Assembly (NCBI RefSeq): GCF_009914755.1
Contig: NC_060927.1
Length of the DNA stretch: 64,000 nt
Direction: 5' to 3' (one strand)
From: the human T2T-CHM13v2.0 reference genome, Homo sapiens
In this document: piece after piece, positions 30,995 through 46,300 of the stretch
Position numbering within the stretch: the first letter of the stretch is position 1
How the letters are laid out: every line of letters starts with the position of its first letter
Notes under the pieces: generated by a model
What the model saw: only the letters and a program-made list of their open reading frames with translations
Database searches by the model: none
Told to the model about the DNA's origin: nothing
Translations under genes and position numbers: made by a program

Positions 30995-31510
30995 CTATTT
31001 CCACAGTTGTTCCATAACAAATCACTCCAAATTTTAGTGGGTTAAAACAAACACCATTTTATTATATCTAATTATTTTGAAGAGTAGGGATTTGGGCAGG
31101 GTTTGCTGGGTAACCCTTCTGCTGCACAAGGCATTGTCATACACTTAGTGGTATCAGCTAGTAGATGGACTGGTCTGGAGGGTCCAAGACATTTTCACTC
31201 ACAGGCCTGGCACCTTGCTTGGTGTGCATGGAAGGAAAGCTGGGCTGAGTTATAACTATTAATCTAAGGGTCTACATGTGGATAGTCCAACACAGCAGCT
31301 CCAGAGTAGCAAGACTTCTTACGTGGAGGCTCACTACTCCAGGGAACAAGGCAGAGGCTGCACAGCCTTTTCTGAGCTAGCCTCAAAAGTCACAGAACAT
31401 CGCTGCCACCGCACTCTATAGATCAAAGCAGTCAGCCTAAAAAGGGGGGAACACAGAACTATGTAGAATGGGAGCAGGGCCAAAAATGGGTGCCCATATT
31501 TTAAACACAT
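30995..31510 (-). mobile_element. MaLR solo LTR (MLT1G/H-like)
   Basis: ataacaaatcactccaaattttagtgggttaaaacaa start, ctagcctcaaaagtcacagaacatc motif, ttttaa end. Confidence 0.65.
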
Positions 31511-32144
31511 TAAAAGGATGAAATTTTAGTAAATTAGAAGAACTGCTTACTCAAAGCACCTCAATTGCCAACATTGCCAGTAATAAAGTGTGTCACCGTA
31601 ATCTAAAATATCTATAATTACACAAGGGAATAACAAAAATATCTGTTCAATTAATGCATGAATAAATGTTTATTACAATCGGAAGACAAGGGAATAAACC
31701 AGCTGGAGACACTGATGCCTGCCTCTTTCATGACAAGAAACCCTCTTCCACCATTCCCCTAGTCCCTTGAGCAAAGGAAAGACTGTCATGGCTGCCACGC
31801 TCTCCCTCCTCCCACTCCCAGCCTCACCATATTTATCGCTTTGTAAGGCAGAGCTGCAGGGTTTGCTCACAGTTGTGGCCCCTCTGGTCTGGCCGTACAC
31901 TCAGAGCCTCACTGCTTCTGTTAACTGTGAGCAGTCCCCAGTGTGTGCACAGCCCAAACACACCTGAGGTCACATGTACTGGAATACAGCTTGCGGCTCT
32001 GATTCCCAGTCCTCCTCAAGACAGGGTGCAGTCCTCAGTTCTCCCAACTATTGTTTTTGAATTGTTATTCTTGGCCCCATGGCTTATTTTCCTCATTGCC
32101 CCCCTGAGGACAAATGTCACACAGCAGGCCTCACCCACATTAAT

Positions 32145-32301
32145 CCTTTCATTTGTTTAGCAAATAGTTATTGATCATCTGCTACATATCAAGCCCTCTG
32201 CTATATGCTGGGGACACAAGGGTAAACAAATCATCACCTGTACTCTCAAGAAACTTGCATTGTAGTCACTGTTTAACATATAAACAGTAATTACAATACT
32301 G
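32145..32301 (-). mobile_element. L2 3'-end fragment (left half of an apparently split L2)
   Basis: ttcatttgtttagcaaatagttattgatcatctgcta...gctggggacacaagggtaaacaa...taaacagtaattacaatact, typical reverse L2 tail. Stops at the duplication edge. Confidence 0.75.
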
Positions 32302-32988
32302 TTAGTTAATATCCAGAGACCATGTGTAAGATGTCTCTGAAGTGATTTGGCACCTTACAAGCCAAAAGAAGAAGAAACAATGAACACCCCAGTCGTCTGT
32401 GTGCTCAACTCCTCCTCCAGGCTTGGAGGCCAGTCCCCACATCAGCTCAGTACCCAGCAAGTGGGACTCCCATGCAGACGATGCCTGGGCTTCCCTCCCT
32501 ATTCGGGGTGGGATAATAGCCCAACATGCTGTCTGCCTCAGTCTCTGAGCCAGGCCATGTTCTAGCCACCAGGACACGCACACTGGCCTTTGCAGGTTCT
32601 CCATCCTCACCACCCCTTGTTGGGATGTTGGGGCATCATCCTAAGTGTGTCCCAGATTTATGAAGCTACAAAGGTGGCCCCGTATTGAAGCAGAGCACAT
32701 ACACATGGTTTTGTTTTATTTGTTTGTTTGTTTGTTTTTTAGAGACAGAGACTTACTCTGTCACCCAGGCTGGAGTGCAGTGGCACGAGCTTGGCTCACT
32801 GCAACCTCCACCTCCTGGGTTCACATGGTTTGACTCTAGCTCTCAAATTTCATGGTGTGCAGTGCTGACCAGTTTCCTTAACTTGTTGTGTCTTAGTTTC
32901 CACATCTGTGAAAATAGAACTAATGTTTACTTGTGGGATGTTAGGTTTAAATTAGATTAGTGCTGTGGCACACATGGACCCCAACAAG
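32302..32988 (+). repeat. Inverted duplication arm 1 (unique ~400-bp core + MIR), partner at 42384-42947
   Basis: Aligns to the reverse complement of 42384-42947 at about 80-86% by hand count. Carries an extra Alu fragment. Confidence 0.92.
32712..32821 (-). mobile_element. 5'-truncated Alu fragment present only in duplication arm 1
   Basis: (GTTT)n tail + ~80 bp Alu 3' end. TSD cacatggttt at 32702-32711 and 32822-32831. Confidence 0.9.
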
Positions 32989-33019
32989 TGGTAAATATTA
33001 TTCATTTTACATCAATGAC

Positions 33020-34115
33020 TAGGATGGTCAAATTTAGCAAATAAAAATACAGGTGGCCCAGTTAAATTTAAATTTCAAATGAACAACTAATTTTTTAATG
33101 TATGTTTCATGCAACATTTGGGACACATTTATACTAAAGTATTATTTTTTACTTGAAATTTAACTTTTTTATTAAGTTATAGTTGACAGATAAAATTGTG
33201 TATATTTATATTGTACACTGTGATATTTTGATCGATGATAGATAGATTGCAAAGTGGTTAAATCAAACTAATTAATATCCATCATCTCACATACTAATCA
33301 TTTTTTGTGGTGAGAACATTTAAGATCCACTGTTTTAGCAATTTTCAAGTATACGATATGTTACTAGAGTCACCATGCTGTACAATAAATCTCCTGAATT
33401 TTTTCCTCTTGTCTAACTGAAACTTTGTAGCCTTTGACCAATATCTCCCTAGACCCCCTCCCTGGTAACAGTCCCTGGTAACTACCCTGTATTTTCTGCT
33501 TGAATTAGTTCAATATTTTCAGATTCCACATACAATTGAGATCATGCAATATTTGTCTTTCTGTGCTGGCCTATTCACGAAGCATAATGTCTTTTAGGTT
33601 CATCCATGTTATCACAAATGACAGAATTTCCTTCATTTTTAGGGCTGAATGGCATTGCACATATATACATACACACTGTGTGTGTGTATACATATATGTG
33701 TGTGTATACATAGACATACATGTATATATACATAAATACCATAGTGCTTTTTGGTTATGAATTCTTTTATATACCATAGTTTCTGCGTATATTCTTCCAT
33801 TGACAGACACCTAGGCTGATTCCACATCTTGGCTATTACGACGAACAGGGGAGTGCAGCTACGTCTTTGAGGAACTGCTTTAATTTCCTTTGGATATATT
33901 CCCAGAAGAGGGACTGCTGGGTCATATGGTAGTTCCATTTTTAATTTTTTGAGGAACCTCCATAGTGTTTTCCATAGTGGCTGTACTAATTTACATTCCC
34001 ACCAACAGTGTGCAAGGGTTTTATTTTCTCCATACTCTCACCAACACTTCTCTTTCATCTTTTTGAGAGAAAATTAAACTTTAACTGGGAATCCTATATT
34101 TTATCTAGTAACTCT
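33020..34115. mobile_element. MER53 palindromic hAT MITE split by an L1MA 3' end
   Basis: aggatggtcaaatttagcaaataaaaatacagg...cccagttaaattt at the start and tttaactgggaatcctatattttatctagtaactcta at the end. Confidence 0.8.
33165..34065 (-). mobile_element. L1MA-type 3' end (~900 bp) with internal (TA/TG) microsatellite
   Basis: ORF2 C-terminal remnant [18 protein letters not shown] on the minus strand, L1MA 3'UTR, TSD-like gaaatttaact / gaaaattaaact. Confidence 0.85.
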
Positions 34116-35471
34116 ATTTAATGATAATCTTGCTTTAGCTTAGCTACACAGTAACCTATGTGGAGTATTTAAAATCGTCTTACTGATAAAGAAACTGAGA
34201 TTTAGTGGCACTTAATAACTTGTCCAAAATCACGTTGGTAATGAAGGGCAGAGCAGGATTCAGAATTGAGCCTCATGAATACCTCTTGTCCCTGCACTAC
34301 TAGTGAGCCTCAGTTTCCCTTCTGGCCCAGGAAACCAATCATCCTCACAGAAAATCAGCTTTAGTGTGCTATATATAACAGGCCTTTGCTCTGTGGAACC
34401 AGGATGGCTGTAAAGTGTTACTGGGAAAGCAGCCCAGAAGTGGAGACTGATATACTTCCCACCAGGGCAGCTTCCTCATGGATGCCACAGAATGTTACAG
34501 GTGAAAGCCAAGGTTAATGCAGCCAGGGCAGATGGGCCTTTGCTGGTGCCTCTGCCCCAGCCACATCCACACAGAGAGCTCACGATGTGCAGGCCACAGA
34601 GGCAGCCTTGGAAACAAGCACCAGAAAATTCATAGCCCAGGCCTTTCTGGATCTGTCTGCCAGGAATTGTACTGAATCTGCCTCCCTCCCACCCCTGCAA
34701 TATCTTCCAGCAGAATTCAGAGGGCCCTGGAGAAGCCAATGGTACCTGCTGAAGGGGTTGACAATCGATGCTGGGTAGAAGGGAAACCCCACATGGGAAG
34801 ATGAGAAAGTGACCTTTGGGATCCCAAGTGTACCACTTCCTGGGAAGAGGCTATAGGATACAAGACATGAAAAACAAACACCAGACTTCCTTCTCACCAG
34901 TGTGTAAAGGAATGTATTTGTCCTCTTTTCTCCCTCTAGATTCTGACCTTCAAGAAGTCTGTCTCTTTGATAGATCTTCTCTGTCTGGCTTTACTGGGGT
35001 CACCTTCCTTACATGGTAAGTCATGAGTGTGAGTCTTCTAGAAGGAAAGAGGTGGTCAGTGTGGGCTGGAGAGGTCAGGGCAGATGCACACGCTTGGTCC
35101 TAGGGCCTGTGTCTGCTTCAGGACACAGTGGGGATGAGGAGAGGAGAAAGCACAAGTGGGAGGCTCACAGTAAGTATGTTTGTATGGAGGTGGTGGGAAG
35201 AAAACGTCCAGCTCCAGGGGAACAGTCAAATACCAGACAGGCTGAGGGGACTCAGGAAGTCAGGCTGAAGGTCGGTCCCGGAGTCCACTCCTTCAGGCAA
35301 CCCTGCCCTCCCTGAAGCCTCTCCAGGAACACAAAGGGGTATCTTCCACATAGACCTCAGGTCAGCTTCATTCACCACTTAGCCAAACAGGCCAGGGAGC
35401 AAGTTATGCTGGGGACCCAGGTGTGCATTGCTCCCCAGAGGTAAGAACTGGCTTGACGTTCCTGATCTCCT

Positions 35472-35811
35472 GTCTCAGTCCATTTTGTGCTGGGTAATGT
35501 GTAAAAAAACAGAAATTTATGTTTCACAGTCTGAAGGCTAGGAAATTCAAGATCAAGGTGTCAGCATCTGGTGAGGGCCTTCTTCCTGCGTCCTGACACA
35601 GCGGAAGGCGGAAGGGAAAGCAGGGGACCAACCCTGTGTGCTCACATGGCAGAAGGGAGAGAACCCACTCCCACAAGCCCTTTTGGAGCAGCATGAATCT
35701 ATTCATGCTTTCATCACCTAAATTCCTCCCATTAGGTGCCACCTCCAACACTGTTGCATTGAGGATTAAATTTCCAACACATGAATTTTGGGGGACACAT
35801 TCAGACCATAG
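35472..35811 (-). mobile_element. MaLR solo LTR (MSTC/MSTD/MLT1A-like)
   Basis: tgtctcagtccattttgtgctg...caagatcaaggtgtcagcatctggtgagggcc...gggggacacattcagaccatag. Confidence 0.85.
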
Positions 35812-36029
35812 AATCCCCCTCTTCCTGATAATAGCACTAATCTCATGCCTGTAGTCATCATCACCTCTGCATTGTATAATGTTTGTCAAGCACTCAGTTA
35901 TACCATAATACTATTTGGTAGAGGGTATTGGAAACTGAGCCTACCTGGGGAGATGACAAAAATAAGTGTAGATGAATCACAAATCTACGTACATTTTATT
36001 CATATATTAAAGACATCTAACCTTTGTAT

Positions 36030-36222
36030 TTCCTTCAATGGTAGCTTTTGGAGGTCCTCCCCAGGGGTAGTTGGGGTTCTGGTTGTCACAATGCCTGGGG
36101 GGTGCCACCAGCACTTAATGCCGGAGGCTGGGAATGCTAAATGTCCTGCAGTTCCTGGAACAGTCCTGCACAAGGAAGAACTGCATGGCCCAAAGGCTGA
36201 TAGCATCTTCTTGGAGAAACAC
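36030..36222 (+). mobile_element. MER20-family hAT-Charlie MITE (diverged)
   Basis: ggttgtcacaatgcctgggggg...gctaaatgtcctgcag...ggcccaaagg...gagaaacact resembles the MER20 body and TIR. Confidence 0.6.
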
Positions 36223-36586
36223 TTTCTAATCTCCTACAAGTTCTCCTCACTATGGGGTGGTGGGGGCTATTGTGGGAGAGACCAGGAGAAACCAAACTCA
36301 AAATTTGCCAATTCACGGTTTTTTTCACCTTCTGTTCCACTTTACAGTCTCTTTTGGATGATTCAGTGTTTTGGGAGTACATATTCCATTTTTAACATTT
36401 CTTCCCCTCCCCTTTCTCTTCTCCAAAATGGTATTAGTGTATATGAGGGCAGGGCGTATTCACTCTGTGGATGTGGGAGAGAGGAGATGGTCTACCTGAA
36501 TATGTGTGAAGAGACTCAGCGTACTTGCATGTCTGAACATGTCTTTATGTTGCTCTTACACTTGAATGTGGCTAAGTTGCATATGT

Positions 36587-37025
36587 CTGTATTTGCATAT
36601 GTCCCCCAAAATCCTACCCTAAGACAAGGATGTGAGTGGAGGTAGTTTATTTGTGAGGCTATCCCAGGAAACAGGAATAAGGATGGTGGGTACTCAGACA
36701 GAAAAGAAGGAAAGTCAGTCTAAGAGTGTGATTAAGGAAGCTCCCACAAGCTGGAGGCTTCATTCTTCTAGGACCACCTGAAAAGTATGTGGAATGTCCT
36801 TCTCAAATTGTCCTCCTGAAGGACACAAATCTAGGGTGGTTTTCCACCAGCTCCTGTCACCAACTGGATGAGAGTTAGAGGGTTTCTCAAGGGCATTAAC
36901 TAACCCCCCTCTTCAGGGTGGTCATCCGAGAGATAAGGAGGGAGGTTGTTACAAGGAGATGAGTGAGCTCCTGTGGAAACGTCCACAGAGGTGAGCCAAG
37001 GGATGACATGGGTACCATCTGCACA
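36587..37025 (-). mobile_element. LTR16-like ERVL solo LTR
   Basis: ccctaagacaaggatgtgagtggaggtagtttatttgtgaggctatcccaggaaaca motif typical of the LTR16 group. Confidence 0.55.
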
Positions 37026-37413
37026 ATATAGAGTTGGAACTTCCAAATGATTTCCCTTTAGAAACTAGAGGATATGATTCATTCACTTTGAGCTTCCAGG
37101 ATTAGCAAAGAACTCTAATGCCCATTGATTCCTATTCCTTTATAGGTAAACTTGTTTTTCTCTCTGGAAGATTTTAGTATTTTCTTTCATTCTTGAGGTT
37201 CTGCAATTTCACCAGTATGTATTCAGCTATGATTTTTGGTCATTCATTTTGTGTGTCTCTCTGTGACCCTTTTCAATTTAAAAACTTGTGAGGTTTTTTC
37301 AGGTCTACATTTTCTCATATTTTCCTATTTCCCCTCTTCCATGCTTTCAGGGCTCTCCCTTTTTTCTTTTCTTTTCTTTTTTTCTCTCCTGTTCGTGAGT
37401 TCATTCTTTATCA

Positions 37414-38028
37414 TGTAAGCCAAAAATAAAATACTAAGTCCCCCACCCCCCAACCATCTAAATGGACTTTCTCCTCAGCCAGGGTGCTCTTTTAAAATTT
37501 AACCTGAGAGACTGGTTCAGGCCATGATGGGAAGTGGGGGTCAGATGTGCCTCATTATACCTCTCCAGCATTAACCTCAACACAGACTTTAAGTTTGATA
37601 AGAAGCACTTTACAGCCTATTCTCTCTGAAGCCTACTACCTGAAGGCTTCCTCTGCAAATAAGAACTTTGGTATCCACAACCTCTTGTCTTAACCCAGAC
37701 ATACCTTTCTATTTCTCCCAGGTCTTCAGATAAACTCAATCAATTGTCAACCAGAAAATTTTTAAATCTACCTACATGCTAGAAGCAACCCCCCATCTCC
37801 CACTTCAAGTTGTCCCACCTTTCTGGACCAAACCAATGTATTTCTTAAATGTAATTGATTGAAGTCTCATGTCTCCCTAAAATGTATAAAACCAAGCTGC
37901 ACCTCAACCACCTTGGGCTCATGTTCTCAGGCCCTCCTGAGGGCTGTGTCACAGGCCATGGTCACTCATATTGGGCTCAGAATAAATCTCTTCAAATATT
38001 TTACAGAGTTTGACTCTTTTTATCGACA
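37414..38028 (+). mobile_element. MER4-group (MER4B/D-like) ERV1 solo LTR
   Basis: TG...CA ends, tgtaagccaaaaataaaatactaag start, TATA-like tgtataaaacc (~37883), AATAAA at 37981. Confidence 0.85.
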
Positions 38029-38110
38029 GTCCATATCCATTCTGCTATTGAGGGTATCTATTTAATGTTCAAAAACATTTGGTGTTCCTGGAATCCTAAC
38101 TGACCCTTTC

Positions 38111-40183
<2,073 letters not shown>

Positions 40184-42069
40184 TCATAACTGAACTTTAT
40201 GCTGATCTTAAAGTTATTTTTCTCTTTCCATGAACACTCGCCATTTTATTTGTTGATTTTGGTCCTTCTTTTTAATGTTTGTTTTCTTTAAATGTTTGGA
40301 TATTCTTAACTATTGTTTGCATTTGAATTGGAAATTCCTGTTTGCCTGAGTGAAAGTACTGGTTCCAGCTGCCTTTGGTGACTTGGGGCGGGACGGGAGG
40401 GAGAGGGACAGGAAAGTGGAGAGTAAGGTGTGCAAGGAAGTAGCTTGCCTCCTGAGAAGGGGGGCTCCCGGCTCTCCCCTTCTCACAGGGTTGTAAGTCA
40501 TCTGGAGTCATTTCTCTCCTTCTCTGGCCCAACTGTCCATTTGAGTTTCCTGGGTCAGGACTCCTGCTTCAGACAGCTGTGCTCAGAGTTTATTCTACGG
40601 GCAAATGCATGAATCAGCCATCCTCATTTTCTCTTTTCCTTGGCTGTCTGGAGTTACTTCCGGCTCTGTTCTGCCTCTCTGGGTTGTTTCTTCCCATCTG
40701 GGGGATTTATCCTGGGTCCAAACATCACCCCTGCTCTCTGCTCAGTAGGTGTGAGGAGGGACAGGGGCCTAGTGGGTTCAGCTGTTCCAAATATAAAGCC
40801 TTAGTAATTAACCTGATGATTGTCCAAAAGCCCCTTCTGCTTTCTCGATTTGTTGAGTCTGAGCTTAAAATATTTCTGGAATTTCTATTACTTCTGCTGT
40901 AGCTTTCTATTGTCTATGTTTGGGATTATGTTTTTGTTTTTTGTTTTTTTTTCTCTTCTGCCCTTATGTTTCTGCAATCTGATCCCATCTGCTTCCTATC
41001 TTCCAGGAATTTTTTCAAAATCTGTCTAAGGATAGTTACCTTTCTTGTTTCATAGGGCCATCATGGATTCCTTTACATCCTCCTCCTTTCATCCATTTAT
41101 CTTATTAATCCTCACAATGATTCACTGAAAGAAGTGTTTATTATTACCTTGTTTTTCAACAGGAAAACTGAGGCTCAGAGAGGTTAGATTAAATTCTCTA
41201 AGCTGTCACAGACAGAACATGGCAGTGCTGGAACTGACCTCTGGTTTATCTGACTTCAAGTGGGAGTAAAACTATTCCCTCCACTTGTCCATTTGTCAGG
41301 GATCTTCCTTATGTTTGCCTCTTAGTTCTTTCCTCCTATGGCCTGAGAACTCCTTGAGCACAGAGGTTGTACAGGAGTCCTCTTTGTATCCCCTGCAGCA
41401 CCTTGCACAGTGCAGAGAACCCCTAACACAGGCAGCATGAGTCCATGGCAGGTTGTCCAAGATCACATGGCTAGAAAGTCAGTATTTGAACTCAAGAAAT
41501 CTTGCCCCAGGGACTGTACCCTAATGTCATGCTGCCACTCAGATCTTAGGTGCCACCAATTTTCTCCCAAGCAACCCCTTCCTGGGAAGAAAGCACATCA
41601 CTAGGCTAACAGCCAATCTGTGCACTGGGAAGACTACCTTTGAGGGGCTTCCACTGCTGTTTTCTTACAAGTATAATGGCACTATTTGACTTTTAAAACC
41701 AAGACCATGCATTGTTTTGACAAAACAGAGAAGAAAAGAAACAAAAAGAAAAATAAGAATGCAGAATATGGGCCAACAGGACTATCAGCAAACTACATGG
41801 ATACAACAGACATTGGGAATGTGCCAAGCTTCTGAATGAGGAAGGGAGGGGCATTATGAACATGGCAAGACCACACCATAAGGAGGCAAGAAGCTGGGGT
41901 TTATGATCTGCCACTAATTAACAGTGTCACCTTCAACAAGGGGAACGATATGGGCTTCTGTTTTTCCATTTATAAGATAAGCTCATCTCTAAGGTCCCTC
42001 TAATTCTGACTTTTGATTATTGTAAATTAATAGTAAATTCACTTTTATCAAAATTAAAAACTTTATTAG

Positions 42070-42383
42070 TGTCCCCAGCCTCTCTGCTTACGTGCGTCTT
42101 TCAGAGCCTGAGTACTTCTCCAATCCTATCTGTTATTATTCTTTGCCTCACACTTTTACAGCCCATGGACCTAGGCACATCATTAAATTTTTTCATACAA
42201 GTCCTTCTTCATCTCAGGTTGTACTATTTCCTTTATGACCACACATACACACACACATTTTTGGCCAGGTTTATATTTGTTATTTTACAGATTCTGTTTA
42301 GCTATAATTTCTTCCAGGAAGAGCTTTCTGATACCCCTTCCCAGGATGAGTGACATACTTACCTTCTGTGCTCCTCTCTAGTG
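42070..42383 (+). mobile_element. L2 fragment (right half of the split L2, opposite orientation to 32145-32301)
   Basis: Reverse complement reads agcactagagaggagcacagaagg...cctgggaaggggtatcagaaagctcttcctggaagaa, the L2 segment expected to follow ...attacaatac. Confidence 0.6.
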
Positions 42384-42947
42384 CTTGATGGGAGTGCATG
42401 GTGTGCTGTAGCACTAACCTAATTTAAACCTAATAACCTTCAAGTGAATGTTGGCTCTATCTTTACATATGGGGAAACTAAGACTCAACAACTTTAAGGA
42501 AACTGCTCAAAACTGTTCACCATGAAGTTTCAGAGCCAAACTATGTGTGTGTGCTCTATCCCCACACTGGGTCACCTTTAGTAGCATCTGTCTCATAAGG
42601 CTGAGGCACATTTGGATGATTCCCAACACCCCAACCGGGGTGGCAAGGATGGCAAACCTGCAAAGGCCATTGCACAGGTCACAGCAGCTAGAACATGGCC
42701 AGGCTGAGAGACTGAGGCAGAGAGCATGTTGGGCCATCGTCCCACTCTGAGTAGGGAGGGGAGCTCAAGCATGGCCTGCATGGGAGTCCACTTGCTGAGC
42801 ACTGAGCTGATATGGGGACTGGCCTCTAAGCCCGTAGGTGGAGTTGAGCACTCAGACATTTGGGTGTTCATTGCTTCTTCTTCTGAGTCTTTAGATGCCA
42901 GTCACCTTACAGTATGATCATACATATGGTCTCTGGGGATTAACTGA
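42384..42947 (-). repeat. Inverted duplication arm 2, partner at 32302-32988
   Basis: Reverse complement matches arm 1 in both core and MIR portion. The MIR is truncated at the L2 junction. Confidence 0.92.
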
Positions 42948-43399
42948 TGACTGGGCTGGAGGCCATGTTGGCCTGCAGGCTGCTACATTTCCACTGAGCC
43001 TCTCCCACTTGAGGGCACAAAACTGGAATTAATAAGGTCAGCCCAGAATTGTTTTGCTTGCAACCAATCACTATTATAAATTACATAGAGCAAAAAGTAG
43101 ATATAACATGCTTTTTATAGTAAGTTATAAGATAGAAACAGTGTAAAGTTAAAACAAGTTTCTAGTTCAGGGTTATTCAAAAGTTTTAGAGTAATTCTCT
43201 TAAATGGAAGCATTAGGACCTTACATCACTGTCATTTTAAACTACTGTTTAGTTTAAAATTTTGAAGAGGTAAAGTTAATGGATTTTTCAGTAAGTAACT
43301 TACCTTAGCCAAAGTTGTTCTAGGAAGAATTATAGTTAAAACTACTTTCAAATATGCTGAAAAAATAAGGTGCAATAAGAAATATAGATATGTTAAAAC

Positions 43400-46300
43400 C
43401 CAAGTAGACCAATAACAAGTAACAAGATCAAAGCTGTAATAAAAAGTCTTCCAGCAAATAAATAAATAAGCCCAGGACCCAATGGCTTCACAGCTGAGTT
43501 TTACTAAACATTTAAAGAACTAATACCAATCCTACTCAAAATATTCTAAAAAAAATAGAAGAGGAGGGAATACTTACAAACTCATTCTATGAGGTCAGTA
43601 TTACCTGGATAACAAAACCAGAAAAAGACATGTCAAAAAAAGAAAACTATAGGCCAATATCCCTGATGAACATAGATGCAAAACTCCTCAACAAACTACT
43701 GGCAAACCAAATTCAACAATACATTAAACAGTTCATTTATCATGACCAAGTGTGAATTATTCTAGGGATGCAAGGATGGTTCAACATATACAAGTCAATC
43801 AATGTGATACACCATATCAATAGAATGATGGACAGAAACCATGTGATCATTTCAATGGTTGATGCTTAAAAAGGCATCTGATAAAATTTAACATTCTTTC
43901 ATGATAAAACTCAAGAAACAGGATATAGAAGTATCATACTTCACAATAAAAGCCATATACAACAGACCCACAGCCGGTATCACACTGAATGGGGAAAAAC
44001 TGAAAGCCTTTCCTGTAAGATCTGGAACACATTAAGGATGCTCACTTTCACCACTGTTATTCAACATCGTGCTGGAAGTCCTAGCTAGAGAAGTCAGACA
44101 AGAGAAAGAAATAAAGGGCATTCAAATTGAAAAGGAAAAAGTCAATTTATCCTTGTTTGCAGATAATATGATCTTATATTTGAAAAAACCTAAATGCTCC
44201 ACCAAAAACTCTAAGAACTGATAAACAAATTCAGAAAAGTTGCAGGCTACAACATCAACATACAAAAAACAGTAGCATTTCCAATATATGACAACAGTGA
44301 ATAATGTGAAAAAGAAATAAAAAAGTAATCCCATTTACAATAGCTGCAAATAAAATAACATACCTAGGAATTAACTTCACCAAAGAAGTGAAAGAACTCT
44401 TTGATGAAAACTATAAAACATTAATGGAAGACATTGAAAAGGACACAAAAAAATGAAAAGATAATCCATGTTCATGGATTGGAAGAATTAACATCGTTAA
44501 AATGTTCATACTACCAAAGCAATCTACAGATTCAATGCATTCTCTATCAAAATACCAATGACATCCTTCACAGAAATTTTAAAAACTCCTAAAGTTTGTA
44601 TGGAACCATAAAATACCCAGAATAACCAAAGATATCCTGAACATAAAGAACAAAACTGAAGGAATTAAATTACCTGATTTCAGATTATAATACAGAGCTA
44701 TAGTAACCAAAACAGCATGGTACTGGCATAAAAGCAGATACATAGACCAATGGAACAAGTAGACAACCCAAAAACAAATCCATACACCTACAGTGAACTC
44801 ATTTTTGACAAAAGTGCCATGAAAATACATTGAGGAAAGCACAGCTTTTTCAATAAATTGTTCTGGACAGTCAGAGTGGCTATTATTAAAAAGTCAAAAA
44901 ATAAATAGATGATGGTGAGGTTATGGAGAAAAGAAAACACTTATACACTGTTGGTGGGAATATAATTTAGTTCAATAATCATGGAAAGCAGTGTGACAAT
45001 TCCTCAAACAGCTAAAAACAGAACTACCATTCAACCCAGCAATCCCATTACTGGGTATATTCCCAAAGGAATATAAATCATTCTACCGTAAAGACACATG
45101 CATGCATATGTTCATTGCAGCACTGCTCACAATAGCAAAGACATGGAATCAACCTAAATGTCCATAAACAGTAGACTGGATAAAGAAAATATGGTACATA
45201 TACACTATGAAATACTATGCAGCCATAAAAAGAAGGAGATCATGTCCTTTGCAGAAACATGGATGCAGCTGGAGGCCATCAGTCTTAGCAAACTAATGCA
45301 GGAACAGAAAACCAAATACCACATGTTCTCACTTATACATGTGAGCTGAATGATGCGAACACATGGACACAAAGAGGAGAAAAACAGACACTGGGGCCTA
45401 CTTGAGGGTTGAGGTGGGGAAGAGGGTGAGGTACAGAAAAAAATAACTATTGGGTATTAGGCTCAGTGCCAGGTGACAAAATAATCTATACAACAAACCC
45501 CAATGACATGAGTTTACCTATATAACAAATCTTCACATGTACCCCTGAACCTAAAATAAAAGTTAAAAAATAATGGTGCTGGGAAAACTGAATATCCATA
45601 TGCAAAATATGAAAGTAGACCTCTATTTCTAGCCATATACAAAAATCATATCAAAATTGATTAAACACTTAAATCTGAGACCTCAAACTGTGAAACTACT
45701 AAAAGAAAACATTGGAGAAATGCTCCAGGATGTTGATCTGAGCAAAGATTTCTTGATACCCCACAAGCTTAGGCAACCAAAGCAAAAATGGACAAATGGG
45801 ATCACATCAAGTTAAAAAGCTTCTGCACAGCAAAGGAAACAACAAAGTGAAAGGACAACCCACATAATGGGAGAAAATATTTGCAAATAACCCATCTGAC
45901 AAGGGATTAATAACCAGAATATATAAGGAGCTTGAACAACTCTATAGGAAAAAATCTAAAAATCCAGTGAAGAAACGGACAAAAGATCTGAATAGACATT
46001 TCTCAAAAGAAGACATTCAAATGACAAACAGGTATATTAAAAGGTGCTCAACATCACTGATCATCAGATAAATGCAAATCAAAACTACAATGAGTTATCA
46101 TTTCACCCCAGTTAAAATGGCTTATATTCAAAAGACAGGCAATAACTAATCTGGTGAGGATGTGGAGAAAAGGGAACCTTTGCACAGTGTTGGTCAGAAT
46201 GAAAATTAGTACAACCACTATGAAAATAGTTTGGAGATTCCTCAAAAAACTAAAAATAAAAGTTCCATATGATCCAGCAATCCCACTGGTAGATATATAC

